From Halorhodospira halophila SL1 (lineage in GTDB: Bacteria; Pseudomonadota; Gammaproteobacteria; Nitrococcales; Halorhodospiraceae), in NCBI RefSeq assembly GCF_000015585.1, contig NC_008789.1:2490001-2522000 (forward strand): a stretch of DNA of 32,000 nt, written 5' to 3'. The position numbers and the translations under genes are program-made. Positions within the stretch are counted from its first letter, which is position 1, and the number at the start of each line of letters is the position of its first letter. Under the pieces are notes generated by a model. The model did not search any database. It had not been told where the DNA came from and worked only from the letters and a program-made list of their open reading frames with translations. Of the stretch, positions 1-8,945 are shown one piece after another.

Positions 1-2
1 CC

Positions 3-272
3 CTGGCCGCCTTCTACCTCGATCCGACGAACCTGGAGGGCATGGACAACGCCGCCGTCGAACGGCTGATCGCCGACGGGCTGTGCCGAACCCTGGGCGC
101 GGGGGATCGGGATGCGGACCTGGCCGAGTTGGGGCTCTCGCCCGGCGCCCGACCGAGCGAGATCCGGCGCCGCTACCGCCGCCTGGCCATGCGCCACCAC
201 CCGGACCGCGGCGGCGATACCGCCACCCTGCAGCGGATCAACGACGCTTACCAGCGCCTGATGGCCCGCTGA
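3..272 (+). CDS. J-domain (DnaJ-like) protein, C-terminal part. The reading frame is open to the left window edge, so it is probably 5'-truncated.
   Basis: The C-terminal sequence RRRYRRLAMRHHPDRGGDTATLQRINDAYQRLMAR carries the HPD tripeptide and flanking helices of a J domain. There is no in-frame stop between position 3 and the first ATG at 42. Confidence 0.6.
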   Translation: MAAFYLDPTNLEGMDNAAVERLIADGLCRTLGAGDRDADLAELGLSPGARPSEIRRRYRRLAMRHHPDRGGDTATLQRINDAYQRLMAR

Positions 273-300
273 CCCGCCCCGCGCGGTCCGGCCCATCCAG

Positions 301-1740
301 TCAGCCCCGCGCCGTGGGCCGCAGACGCCCGCGCCCGCGGTCCGGCACCATGCGGCCGAAGTAGAGGAAGCCCAGGGCGAGCCAGGCCAGGGTGATGACC
401 GCGGCCAGGATCAGCACCGGAACCGGCCCGAACTGGTAGATCAAGGGCAGCGACGCAGCGGTGAACAACCCACCGCCGACGATGGGCTCAAAGAGCAGCT
501 GCTTGTAGCCGAAGCTCTCCAGGGCGCCGGAGCGGTTATTGGGGTCGGCCATGCGCATGAGCAGCACGCCGGTGACCGTCACGCCCATCGATTGACCGAA
601 GTCCCCCACACCACGCTCGAACCAGTCGAAGGGGATGACCCGCGGGGCGATCACCACCAGCACGAACAGCGACCAGGCGATCCCCGTGGCGGCGAGCAGC
701 AGGAAAGGCACCAGGTGCTCACCCAGGGCGGTCAGCGACAGGGTGGCCAGGGCGGCCACGATGGTGAAATCCAGTGCCGTGCCGGAGATCCGCGACATGG
801 TCCGTTCCGATACGTACTCGGCGTAGCCGGCCCGGGTGATGAGCACCTGGAGCAATACGCCGCCGAGCATGGCCATGGGGAACAGCGGCACGTGCTGGAG
901 GATCTCGACACCGCCGTCCCGGGCCCAGGTCACCGCCTCGAACCACTGCAGGGCCGAGAGCATGCCCCACCCCAGGACGACCGCCAGGGCCACCAGGCCG
1001 AGGTGGACGGTGAGCGGATCGGTGGTCTGACTCTCCTGCTGGCGGTCGCGGCGCAGCACGTAGAGCTCGCGCTCGCTGAAGCGATCCTGGTCGCCACCCG
1101 GCCCGTGACCGTTCTCCGGGTTGTCGATAATCCCCCGGCGCACCGCCAGGTTGATCAGGATGGTACCGACCACGACGCCACCGACCAGACCCACCGTGGC
1201 CAGCCCCAGGGCCAGGTCCGCACCGGCGGCGAAGCCCAGATCCTCAAAGGTCCCGGCCATCCCGGCGGCCGTGCCGTGGCCACCTTCGAAGCCGATCTCG
1301 ATCAACGCGCCGGCCATGGGGCTGAGACCGAAGACCGGCGTCAACACCAACAGCGCCAGCAGGATACCGACCACGTACTGCCCCCACGCCATGGTCTGCC
1401 CGACCACCACCTGGGGACCGGCCCGCAGCCAGATCTCGCGCACCCCGGGCAACGGCTTGCCGAGAAACAGTGCGGCGAAGACCACGCTGATCAGCAGGCC
1501 GGGGATGGCCGACCAGGTCTGATAGACGTAGTCCGGGAAGAGGCCCGCCCCGTCCTCGAACGGGCTGTCCATGAAACGGCCCAGCACCTCCGGGCCCAGC
1601 AGCAGCCCCGCGGCACCGGCGATGATCGAGGCGGGCAGGAACAGCCTCCGCGCCCAGAGTGTGTAAGCCCGCAGCACCGCGCTGGCCAGGACCAGCAGGC
1701 AGAGCAGCAGGATGGCGAGCAGGATCTCGGCAACGGCCAT
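301..1740 (-). CDS. gltS: Sodium/glutamate symporter family (GltS-like) polytopic membrane protein
   Basis: The 479-aa protein is hydrophobic throughout. The N-terminus (LLAILLLCLLVLASAVLR...) and the central motif EIGFEGGHGTAAGMAGTFEDLGF resemble the E. coli GltS segment ITLSGGHGTGAAW...ERYGF. The call is by recollection of the family, not by a search. Confidence 0.65.
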   Translation of the reverse strand: MAVAEILLAILLLCLLVLASAVLRAYTLWARRLFLPASIIAGAAGLLLGPEVLGRFMDSPFEDGAGLFPDYVYQTWSAIPGLLISVVFAALFLGKPLPGVREIWLRAGPQVVVGQTMAWGQYVVGILLALLVLTPVFGLSPMAGALIEIGFEGGHGTAAGMAGTFEDLGFAAGADLALGLATVGLVGGVVVGTILINLAVRRGIIDNPENGHGPGGDQDRFSERELYVLRRDRQQESQTTDPLTVHLGLVALAVVLGWGMLSALQWFEAVTWARDGGVEILQHVPLFPMAMLGGVLLQVLITRAGYAEYVSERTMSRISGTALDFTIVAALATLSLTALGEHLVPFLLLAATGIAWSLFVLVVIAPRVIPFDWFERGVGDFGQSMGVTVTGVLLMRMADPNNRSGALESFGYKQLLFEPIVGGGLFTAASLPLIYQFGPVPVLILAAVITLAWLALGFLYFGRMVPDRGRGRLRPTARG

Positions 1741-1814
1741 CGTGAGTCACCCCCGTTTGACACGACCCCGCATCCTACGAGGGCCGCGCCCCTCAGGGCC
1801 AGAGGGAGAGGCCC

Positions 1815-2777
1815 TTAGGTACCGGCGGCGAACTGCTCCATCGCCCAGGCGACCCGCTCCTCGGGCGTATGGTGCCGGCGCTCCAGGGCTTCGACGGCGC
1901 GCAGACGGGGCAGCAGCCCGCAACCGTTGGCGATCTGCACCGACAGGCCAGGGCGGGCGTTGAGTTCCAGCAGCTGCGGGCCACGATCACGGTCCAGGAC
2001 CAGGTCGGCCCCCAGGTAACCGAGGCCGCTCATCTCCTGACACCGGGCGGCCAGCTCCAGCAGCGAGCGCCAGTCGGGGATATCGATGGCGTCCAGCGTG
2101 ACCCCGGTGTCCGGGTGCTGATAGACCCGCTGGTCGTACTGCACCGCGTGGGCGCAGCGGCCGGTGGCGATATCCAGCCCGACCCCCACCGCCCCCTGGT
2201 GGAGATTGGCCTTGCCCTGGGAGTCCCGCGTGGAGAGACGCAGCATGGCCATCACCGGATAGCCGAGGAAGACCAAGACCCGGATGTCCGGGATGCCCTC
2301 GTAGGAGAGGGCCTCGAAGCGCGGGTCGAGGCGGATGCGGTCCTCAAACACCGCCGCATCCGGCATGCCGGCCAGCGAGTGCAGACCGGCCAGGGTGTTG
2401 GAGACGTGGCGCTGCAGGTCCTGCAGGGTCAATTCGCGCTCGCCGCTGGTGAGAAAGCGGTCACCGCGGCGGCCGGTCACCACCAGGATGCCCTTGCCAC
2501 CGGCCCCCTTGGCCGGCTTGATGACGAACTCGTCGACCCCTTCGAGACGCTGGGCCAGATCGCGCACCTCGTGCTGATGGCGGATGGTGAAGCGCAGCGA
2601 TGGCGTGCCGACCTGGTGCTCCTCCGCCAACAGCTTGGTACGCAGCTTGTCGTCGACCAGGGGGTAGAGCCGGCGGTCATTGTACTGGCCGATGTAGTGG
2701 ACGTTGCGCCGGTTCATCCCCAGGATCCCGGCCTGCCGCAGGCGCCGGGCGGTACGCCAGTACCGGCGGAGGATCAT
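1815..2777 (-). CDS. Alpha-L-glutamate ligase-like ATP-grasp protein (RimK-related, TIGR02291-type)
   Basis: The N-terminus GILGMNRRNVHYIGQYNDRRLYPLVDDKLRTKLLAEEHQV is characteristic of the alpha-L-glutamate ligase-like family. FVIKPAKGAGGKGILVV and LGADLVLDRDRGPQLLELNARPGL are ATP-grasp motifs. There is no signal peptide. The start overlaps the upstream stop by 4 nt (ATGA at 2774-2777). Confidence 0.85.
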   Translation of the reverse strand: MILRRYWRTARRLRQAGILGMNRRNVHYIGQYNDRRLYPLVDDKLRTKLLAEEHQVGTPSLRFTIRHQHEVRDLAQRLEGVDEFVIKPAKGAGGKGILVVTGRRGDRFLTSGERELTLQDLQRHVSNTLAGLHSLAGMPDAAVFEDRIRLDPRFEALSYEGIPDIRVLVFLGYPVMAMLRLSTRDSQGKANLHQGAVGVGLDIATGRCAHAVQYDQRVYQHPDTGVTLDAIDIPDWRSLLELAARCQEMSGLGYLGADLVLDRDRGPQLLELNARPGLSVQIANGCGLLPRLRAVEALERRHHTPEERVAWAMEQFAAGT

Positions 2778-4315
2778 CCCGAGGCCTCCCGGAAGGCACT
2801 AAAGCGCTTGAGCTCCACCAGCCGGTACCCGGTGTACTGCCCCATGAGCATGATCAGCGCCACCACCACCAGGTTGAGTTCGGGGAAGTTGAAGGTCAGA
2901 TGCTCGGCCAGCGGGCGGCTCATGAGCAGGTACGCGGCCAGTGCCACCACCAGGCTCCCGGTGCCCTGAGTGAGCACCTCGCGGGCCCCCTCCTCCTCCC
3001 AGAGGATGGACATGCGCTCGATGGTCCAGGCGATGATGATGATCGGGAAGAACGCCAGGGTCATGCCGGTGGCAAAGCCGAGCTGATAGCCGAGCAGACT
3101 CAACAGGCCGATCATGAAGACCACGATCACGATGACCGTGGCGATGCGCGCAACCAGCAGCAGGTTCAGCCGCGATAGGTAGCCGCGCAGCAGCAGGCCC
3201 AGGGCGACGATGCCGACGAAGCTGATCAGCCCGGCGACCAACTCCGTCTGCAGGAAGGCCAGAGCGATCAGCACCGGCATGAATGTCCCCGAGGTGCGGA
3301 TACCGACGATGATGCGCAGGAAGACCGTCACCAGGGCGCCCAAAGGCAGCAGGAGCAGGAGCTTGAACGCGGTCTGCTGCTCGATGGGCAGCTGATGCAC
3401 GCTGAGCACGCTCATCACCCCGGACGCCTCCTCCATCTGCGCCAGCTGTTCCGCCGGCACACTCTGGCGGTTCATGGAGAAAGCCACCCGGGCGTTCTGT
3501 CCGCCGAACAGGTCGATGAGCGAGGCCCCGCCGCGGTGCCAGAGCAGAACGTCGTCGTCGACCCCCTGCTGCCCCGTGGTCAGATCGAACGGCAGCCAGT
3601 GGTCGTCGACGAAGATTTCCACGAGCTGCACCGGCGTCTGGTTGCGCCGCCCATCCTCCAACTCCAGGGCCAGCGAGGTCCGCGCCGGCACGCCGGCGTC
3701 GTGGAGCAGCCGCTCGATCACCTCGGCGCGGTCATAGTTATCCAGCAGCAGGTCGGCGGCGCCGTCCCGGCCGGTGCCGAAGGCGTAGATCAGCTGGCGC
3801 GCCAGGCTCTGCGGGCTGGCGGAGGTCTCCCGGGCACGCTCGAGGATCTGCTCGGCGGCGGTCTCCTCCGCCCCGGACCAATTGGGCGAGGCCGGCTCAC
3901 CGGGCGGCTCTTCCAGCGGCCGGTCGCGGTGGTCGGAGCCGTCGGGCGTCGCGTGCACCTTGTAGTAGAGCGTCTGCTCGCCCTCGGCCTCGGCGATCGT
4001 CCACTCGCCGCGGACCACGCCGTCCTGCTCCACGGTGGAGAAGCCGTAACCGGGGGATGCGGTGTGCTCGAGCGAGAGCTCGAACCCCGGGGGACGATCG
4101 GGCACGTTGAAGCTGACCAGCACGGAGTCGCCCTGGGCCTCGAAGTCGATCCGCGCTTCGACCAGCCAGACCGGCTTCTGGGCACCGGGCACGAAGGGCA
4201 CGCCGGTGTCGATGTAGCGCCACGCAGCGGTGGCGGTCCCCACGATGATCAGCAGCGCCACCAGCGCGAAGAAGACCCTACGGGCAGTCACAACCGCACC
4301 CCTCGAGTCCCTCAC
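2774..4315 (-). CDS. Inactive transglutaminase-like domain fused to a C-terminal 7-TM module
   Basis: It has an N-terminal anchor helix (VFFALVALLIIVGTATAAW), a soluble region of about 300 aa, then a densely hydrophobic C-terminal third with multiple helices. I see no cysteine anywhere in the 513-aa translation, so a Cys-His-Asp transglutaminase triad is impossible. It sits between the DUF785 protease and the ATP-grasp gene, as in the known conserved triad. Confidence 0.75.
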   Translation of the reverse strand: MRDSRGAVVTARRVFFALVALLIIVGTATAAWRYIDTGVPFVPGAQKPVWLVEARIDFEAQGDSVLVSFNVPDRPPGFELSLEHTASPGYGFSTVEQDGVVRGEWTIAEAEGEQTLYYKVHATPDGSDHRDRPLEEPPGEPASPNWSGAEETAAEQILERARETSASPQSLARQLIYAFGTGRDGAADLLLDNYDRAEVIERLLHDAGVPARTSLALELEDGRRNQTPVQLVEIFVDDHWLPFDLTTGQQGVDDDVLLWHRGGASLIDLFGGQNARVAFSMNRQSVPAEQLAQMEEASGVMSVLSVHQLPIEQQTAFKLLLLLPLGALVTVFLRIIVGIRTSGTFMPVLIALAFLQTELVAGLISFVGIVALGLLLRGYLSRLNLLLVARIATVIVIVVFMIGLLSLLGYQLGFATGMTLAFFPIIIIAWTIERMSILWEEEGAREVLTQGTGSLVVALAAYLLMSRPLAEHLTFNFPELNLVVVALIMLMGQYTGYRLVELKRFSAFREASG

Positions 4316-4339
4316 GCCGCGGCGGACCGCCCGGCCCGC

Positions 4340-5266
4340 CTACTCGTCCTCGCCGTCATCCTCGTTCTCCCCCGCCTCGTCATCGTCACCGTTCTCGTCC
4401 CCGTCGTCGTCTTCGGTCTCCTCGTCGTCCTCGTCCTCGTCCTCCGGAATCTCCTCGACATGGTCATCGGCGTCGATGGCGTCGAGGTCGTCGTCATCCG
4501 GGGTCATGGGCTCGGTGGCGCGCTCCAGGCCGACATCCACCACGGCCACGTCGCGCAGCACATCGCGCCCGATCAGCACCGGAAAGGTCAGGTGGCTGCG
4601 GTCGGTCAGGGTGAATTCGGCCACCTCGGAGAACTCACCGATGGTCACGTGCAGTTCCACCACCGGCCGAGATTCCTCCCCGGAGGCCTGGACGATGCTG
4701 GCGCTGCGCACCTTGGGACGCTCGATGGCGATCCGGCCATCGCCCTCCGGGTGGATCATCTCGAAGCGAACCCAGGGGTCGCCGTCGCGTTCGAACTCTT
4801 CGATCTCGCGGGCATCCACGGAGGAGGTCGAGGCACCAGTATCGATCCGGGCATCGAAGAGCAGCCCGGGCGGATCCAGCTGGAGCTCCTCAATCTCGCC
4901 GAAGACGAGCATGCCGTCGGCACTGAGCTCCTGATCGGACTGGAGCTGGTCGTCGGGACAGCTCGGCTCCGGGCAGTCCGACTCGCCCAGATCAACGGGG
5001 CGCAGCGGCACCAGCCAGCGGTTCGCCGTCTGTGCCTCCATGGCACCGGCGATCCGCGCCAGCTGCGCCTCGCGCGCTACTCGTTGGGACTGCTCGTGGG
5101 CGTCGGCCAGGGCCTCCAGACGCTCATCCACGCCGTCGAAACGCTGTTCGAAGCGCTCCGTCTCAGCTTCTTCGATGAGCAGGTAATCCGGGGCCGCACA
5201 GCCGGCAGTGAGCAGCAGACCACCCGCCGCCAGGATGGCGGCGCGCGGCGAATTCATCACGGCCAT
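4340..5266 (-). CDS. Retropepsin-like protease of the DUF785 family (annotated 'ATP-dependent zinc protease', RimB-like). Predicted lipoprotein with an Asp/Glu-rich C-terminal tail.
   Basis: The core ARIDTGASTSSVDAREIEEFERDGDPWVRFEM...FTLTDRSHLTFPVLIGRDVL matches the DUF785 signature, including a D-T-G-A aspartic-protease motif. MAVMNSPRAAILAAGGLLLTAGC is a signal peptide with a lipobox. I prefer the start at 5266 (AAGAGG lies 10 nt upstream). ATG at 5257 is an alternative. The track start at 5371 is probably an artefactual extension that overlaps the upstream gene. Confidence 0.8.
   Translation of the reverse strand: MAVMNSPRAAILAAGGLLLTAGCAAPDYLLIEEAETERFEQRFDGVDERLEALADAHEQSQRVAREAQLARIAGAMEAQTANRWLVPLRPVDLGESDCPEPSCPDDQLQSDQELSADGMLVFGEIEELQLDPPGLLFDARIDTGASTSSVDAREIEEFERDGDPWVRFEMIHPEGDGRIAIERPKVRSASIVQASGEESRPVVELHVTIGEFSEVAEFTLTDRSHLTFPVLIGRDVLRDVAVVDVGLERATEPMTPDDDDLDAIDADDHVEEIPEDEDEDDEETEDDDGDENGDDDEAGENEDDGEDE
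4343..4504 (-). repeat. Low-complexity GAN-codon tract encoding the acidic tail of the protease
   Basis: The last 54 residues are TPDDDDLDAIDADDHVEEIPEDEDEDDEETEDDDGDENGDDDEAGENEDDGEDE. By my count 36 of 54 are D/E, and there is no K or R. The plus strand reads as gtc/ctc/atc runs. Confidence 0.8.
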
Positions 5267-5814
5267 ACCCTTCGGACCTCTTGGGTTGCGGTTTCGTTCC
5301 CGAGCTCGTCGCACGCCTCGCAGAGGATCCGGGCAATCGCTGAGACCGCTTCCGGATCGCAGGTCGGACACTTGCGGCGCACCACCACACCGGCATTCCA
5401 GGCGGCGTCGCGCCAGCGTTCGCTCTCCGCGGCGGCGGGAAGGTCCGCAGGCAGGTCTTGAAGGAACAGCTTCTGCTCGATCGCCTCGGCGCGAAGCTCG
5501 GCGGCGATCAGCTGCTTGCGAAGCTCGTGGTTGTCATCCGCCAGATCGCGGGGCGGATGCAGCTTGAGGTGACGCCGCAGGGCCCGGAGCGGGGCGATGA
5601 CCTCTCGATCCCACTCCTGGCCCCGGCGAATGGCACCTTCTGCACTGGAGACACCGAGCCGCCCCCGCCCCTCCAGGCCGCTCCAGACGGCGGCCAGGAG
5701 GAGCGATATGGACAGCCCGTAACGGGCCTGGAGCTTGAGGCATGCGGCCTCAACGCCCGGCCTGGCGTAGATATCCTCGGCGAAGCGCCAAAGCCGCTCG
5801 GACTCATCCAACAA
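5257..5814 (-). CDS. TIGR02444/DUF2390-like conserved hypothetical protein
   Basis: The N-terminus LWRFAEDIYARPGVEAACLKLQARYGLSISLLLAAVW resembles the TIGR02444 family signature as I recall it. It is co-directional with and abuts the protease gene. Confidence 0.55.
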   Translation of the reverse strand: MLDESERLWRFAEDIYARPGVEAACLKLQARYGLSISLLLAAVWSGLEGRGRLGVSSAEGAIRRGQEWDREVIAPLRALRRHLKLHPPRDLADDNHELRKQLIAAELRAEAIEQKLFLQDLPADLPAAAESERWRDAAWNAGVVVRRKCPTCDPEAVSAIARILCEACDELGNETATQEVRRVWP

Positions 5815-5848
5815 CCCGTTGCCTCCAGCAGACCGGCCCAGGGCCGGC

Positions 5849-7243
<1,395 letters not shown>

Positions 7244-7245
7244 GT

Positions 7246-7545
7246 TCAGCCGTCCTCCTTCTTGCTGCTCTTGAACATGTCGAGCATCCGCTCGGTGACG
7301 ACGTAGCCGCCGACGGCGTTGGCGGCGCCGAGCAGCACGGCGACAAAGCCGATGGCCTGCTCCAGCGGCGTCTCAGCGACACCGAGAGCGACCATGGCAC
7401 CGACGACGACGATACCGTGGATGAAGTTCGAACCGGACATCAGCGGCGTATGCAGGATGACCGGCACCCGGGTGATGACCTCGTAACCAGCCACCGCCGC
7501 GAGCATGAAGACGTACAGTGCGACGAGCCCGCCGACCTCGATCAT
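7246..7545 (-). CDS. pntAB: NAD(P) transhydrogenase subunit alpha part 2 (membrane part)
   Basis: The 99-aa hydrophobic protein contains HTPLMSGSNFIHGIVVVGA. It lies between pntAA and pntB, and its start overlaps the pntAA stop by 4 nt. Confidence 0.9.
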   Translation of the reverse strand: MIEVGGLVALYVFMLAAVAGYEVITRVPVILHTPLMSGSNFIHGIVVVGAMVALGVAETPLEQAIGFVAVLLGAANAVGGYVVTERMLDMFKSSKKEDG

Positions 7546-8681
7546 GACTTACCTCCTTCCAGGCGCTCCCGGGTGGCCCCGTGGCGAACCTGGCCGTCGT
7601 GGGTCAGACAGGTATCCGCGATCACCTGGTCGTCCCAGTTCAGAGTCAGGTCCCCCTCCTCGACCATCAGCGTGAGCAGGTTGTACAGGTTCTTGCTGTA
7701 CATCTCGCTGGTGTGGACGGCGACGCTGGCGGGGAGATTCTTCGGGCCGACCACCAGGACGCCGTTGTGGGTGACGTCCTTACCGGCCTTGGTGACCTCG
7801 CAGTTGCCACCGGTCTCGGCGGCCATGTCGACAATCACCGTACCACCGCCCATGCGCTCGACCGTCGCCTTGTCGATGATCTTCGGCGCCGGCCGACCGG
7901 GGATGGCCGCCGTGGTCACCACCACGTGGGCGTTGGCGATATGGTTGGCCAGCACCTCGGCCTGCTGCTGCTGCTCCTCGGCGGTCAGCTCACGGGCGTA
8001 CCCGCCCTCACCGACGGCCGAAACGCCGGTATCGATGAACTTGGCGCCGAGCGACTCCACCTGCTCCTTGGTCTCGGGGCGCACATCGTAGCCCTCGACC
8101 TGGGCACCCAGGCGGCGGCAGGTGGCGATGGCCTGCAGGCCGGCCACACCGGCGCCGACGACCACAGCCTTGGCCGGGCGGATGGTACCAGCCGCGGTGG
8201 TCAACATGGGGAAGAAGCGCGGGGAGCGCTCGGCGGCGATGAGCGCGGCCTTATAACCGGCGGCAGCCGCCTGGGAGGAGAGGGCGTCGATGGACTGGGC
8301 GCGGGTGATCCGCGGCACCAGCTCCATGGCGAAGGAGGTCACCTTGCGCTTGCACAGCGTCTGGATCCGCTCGTCGCCTTCGTGGGGCGTCAGGAAGCTG
8401 ATGACCACCGCCCCTTCCTTCAGCTGGCCGGTCTCCTTGACGCTCAGCGGCTGCACGCTGAGCAGGACATCGGCCTCCTTGAGCAACTCGTCGCGCGACT
8501 GGACGATGCGAACACCGCCGGCTTCATAATCGGCATCATCGAACCCGGCGCCCTCACCGGCTCCCGTCTCCAGGAGCAGCTCTACGCCGAGTTTGCCGAA
8601 CTGCTTCAGGACCCCAGGGACGAGCGCGACACGCCGCTCGCCGGGCCGGGTCTCCTTCGGCACGGCAACCTTGATGGCCAT
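7542..8681 (-). CDS. pntAA: NAD(P) transhydrogenase subunit alpha part 1 (dI, NAD(H)-binding)
   Basis: The N-terminus is MAIKVAVPKETRPGERRVALVPGV. A Rossmann motif VVGAGVAGLQAIATCRRLGA is present. A GGGGGA Shine-Dalgarno-like sequence lies about 8 nt upstream of the ATG. Confidence 0.95.
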   Translation of the reverse strand: MAIKVAVPKETRPGERRVALVPGVLKQFGKLGVELLLETGAGEGAGFDDADYEAGGVRIVQSRDELLKEADVLLSVQPLSVKETGQLKEGAVVISFLTPHEGDERIQTLCKRKVTSFAMELVPRITRAQSIDALSSQAAAAGYKAALIAAERSPRFFPMLTTAAGTIRPAKAVVVGAGVAGLQAIATCRRLGAQVEGYDVRPETKEQVESLGAKFIDTGVSAVGEGGYARELTAEEQQQQAEVLANHIANAHVVVTTAAIPGRPAPKIIDKATVERMGGGTVIVDMAAETGGNCEVTKAGKDVTHNGVLVVGPKNLPASVAVHTSEMYSKNLYNLLTLMVEEGDLTLNWDDQVIADTCLTHDGQVRHGATRERLEGGKS

Positions 8682-8880
8682 GGTTTGATCCCCCGTTTGC
8701 GGCAGTTGTTAGCCGTTAGTTGGTCCGTGACGACTGCCCGGGCAGGCCTGAAGCCCGACCCGGATCACGGCGCACGGGTATCGCCGCGCGCCCAGCCGAA
8801 CGGGCAGATGCTAGCGAATCGGCCCCGGGGTGTGAAGCGGCGCCGCGGTGCGGCAAAACCGCAACCCCGTTCGCAGACTG

Positions 8881-8910
8881 TTGTCAAGAGGCGTGCCAAC
8901 CGGCTATAAG
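8881..8910 (+). promoter_or_regulatory. Candidate sigma70-type promoter for the HNH gene
   Basis: TTGTCA (8881-8886) is separated by an 18-nt spacer from TATAAG (8905-8910), about 35 nt upstream of the ATG at 8946. This is a pattern match only. Confidence 0.3.
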
Positions 8911-8945
8911 TGGGCAAGCCCTAGCCTGACACCGGGGGGTGGGCA

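Noticed and set aside
592-1818. Long antisense ORFs in the track. Examples are 592-1818 +, 1869-2969 +, 3395-5461 +, 5819-7306 +, 5508-6749 -, 7581-8909 +, 10269-11876 +, 12704-14083 +, 14076-16646 +, 19126-20472 -, 20700-22316 -, 23047-24855 -, 25882-27687 -, 26166-27590 + and 29584-30555 -.
   Set aside because: Each lies opposite to, or out of frame with, a gene that has clear family motifs. Their translations are dominated by Arg/Gly/Pro/His/Ala/Asp runs with no recognisable motifs. Stop-codon depletion in roughly two-thirds-GC DNA routinely creates such shadow ORFs.
4340-4504. The gtc/ctc-rich stretch considered as a possible tandem repeat or VNTR
   Set aside because: There is no exact repeating unit beyond short runs such as gtcctcgtcctcgtcctc. 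The periodicity is simply Asp/Glu codon usage in the acidic tail, so this is coding low complexity, not a repeat array.
8720-8929. Small ORFs (69 and 92 aa) inside and overlapping the pntAA/HNH intergenic region
   Set aside because: They have no Shine-Dalgarno sequence. Their composition is Arg/Pro/Ala/Gly-rich, like the shadow ORFs. They overlap the predicted promoter region, and I recognise no motif in them.
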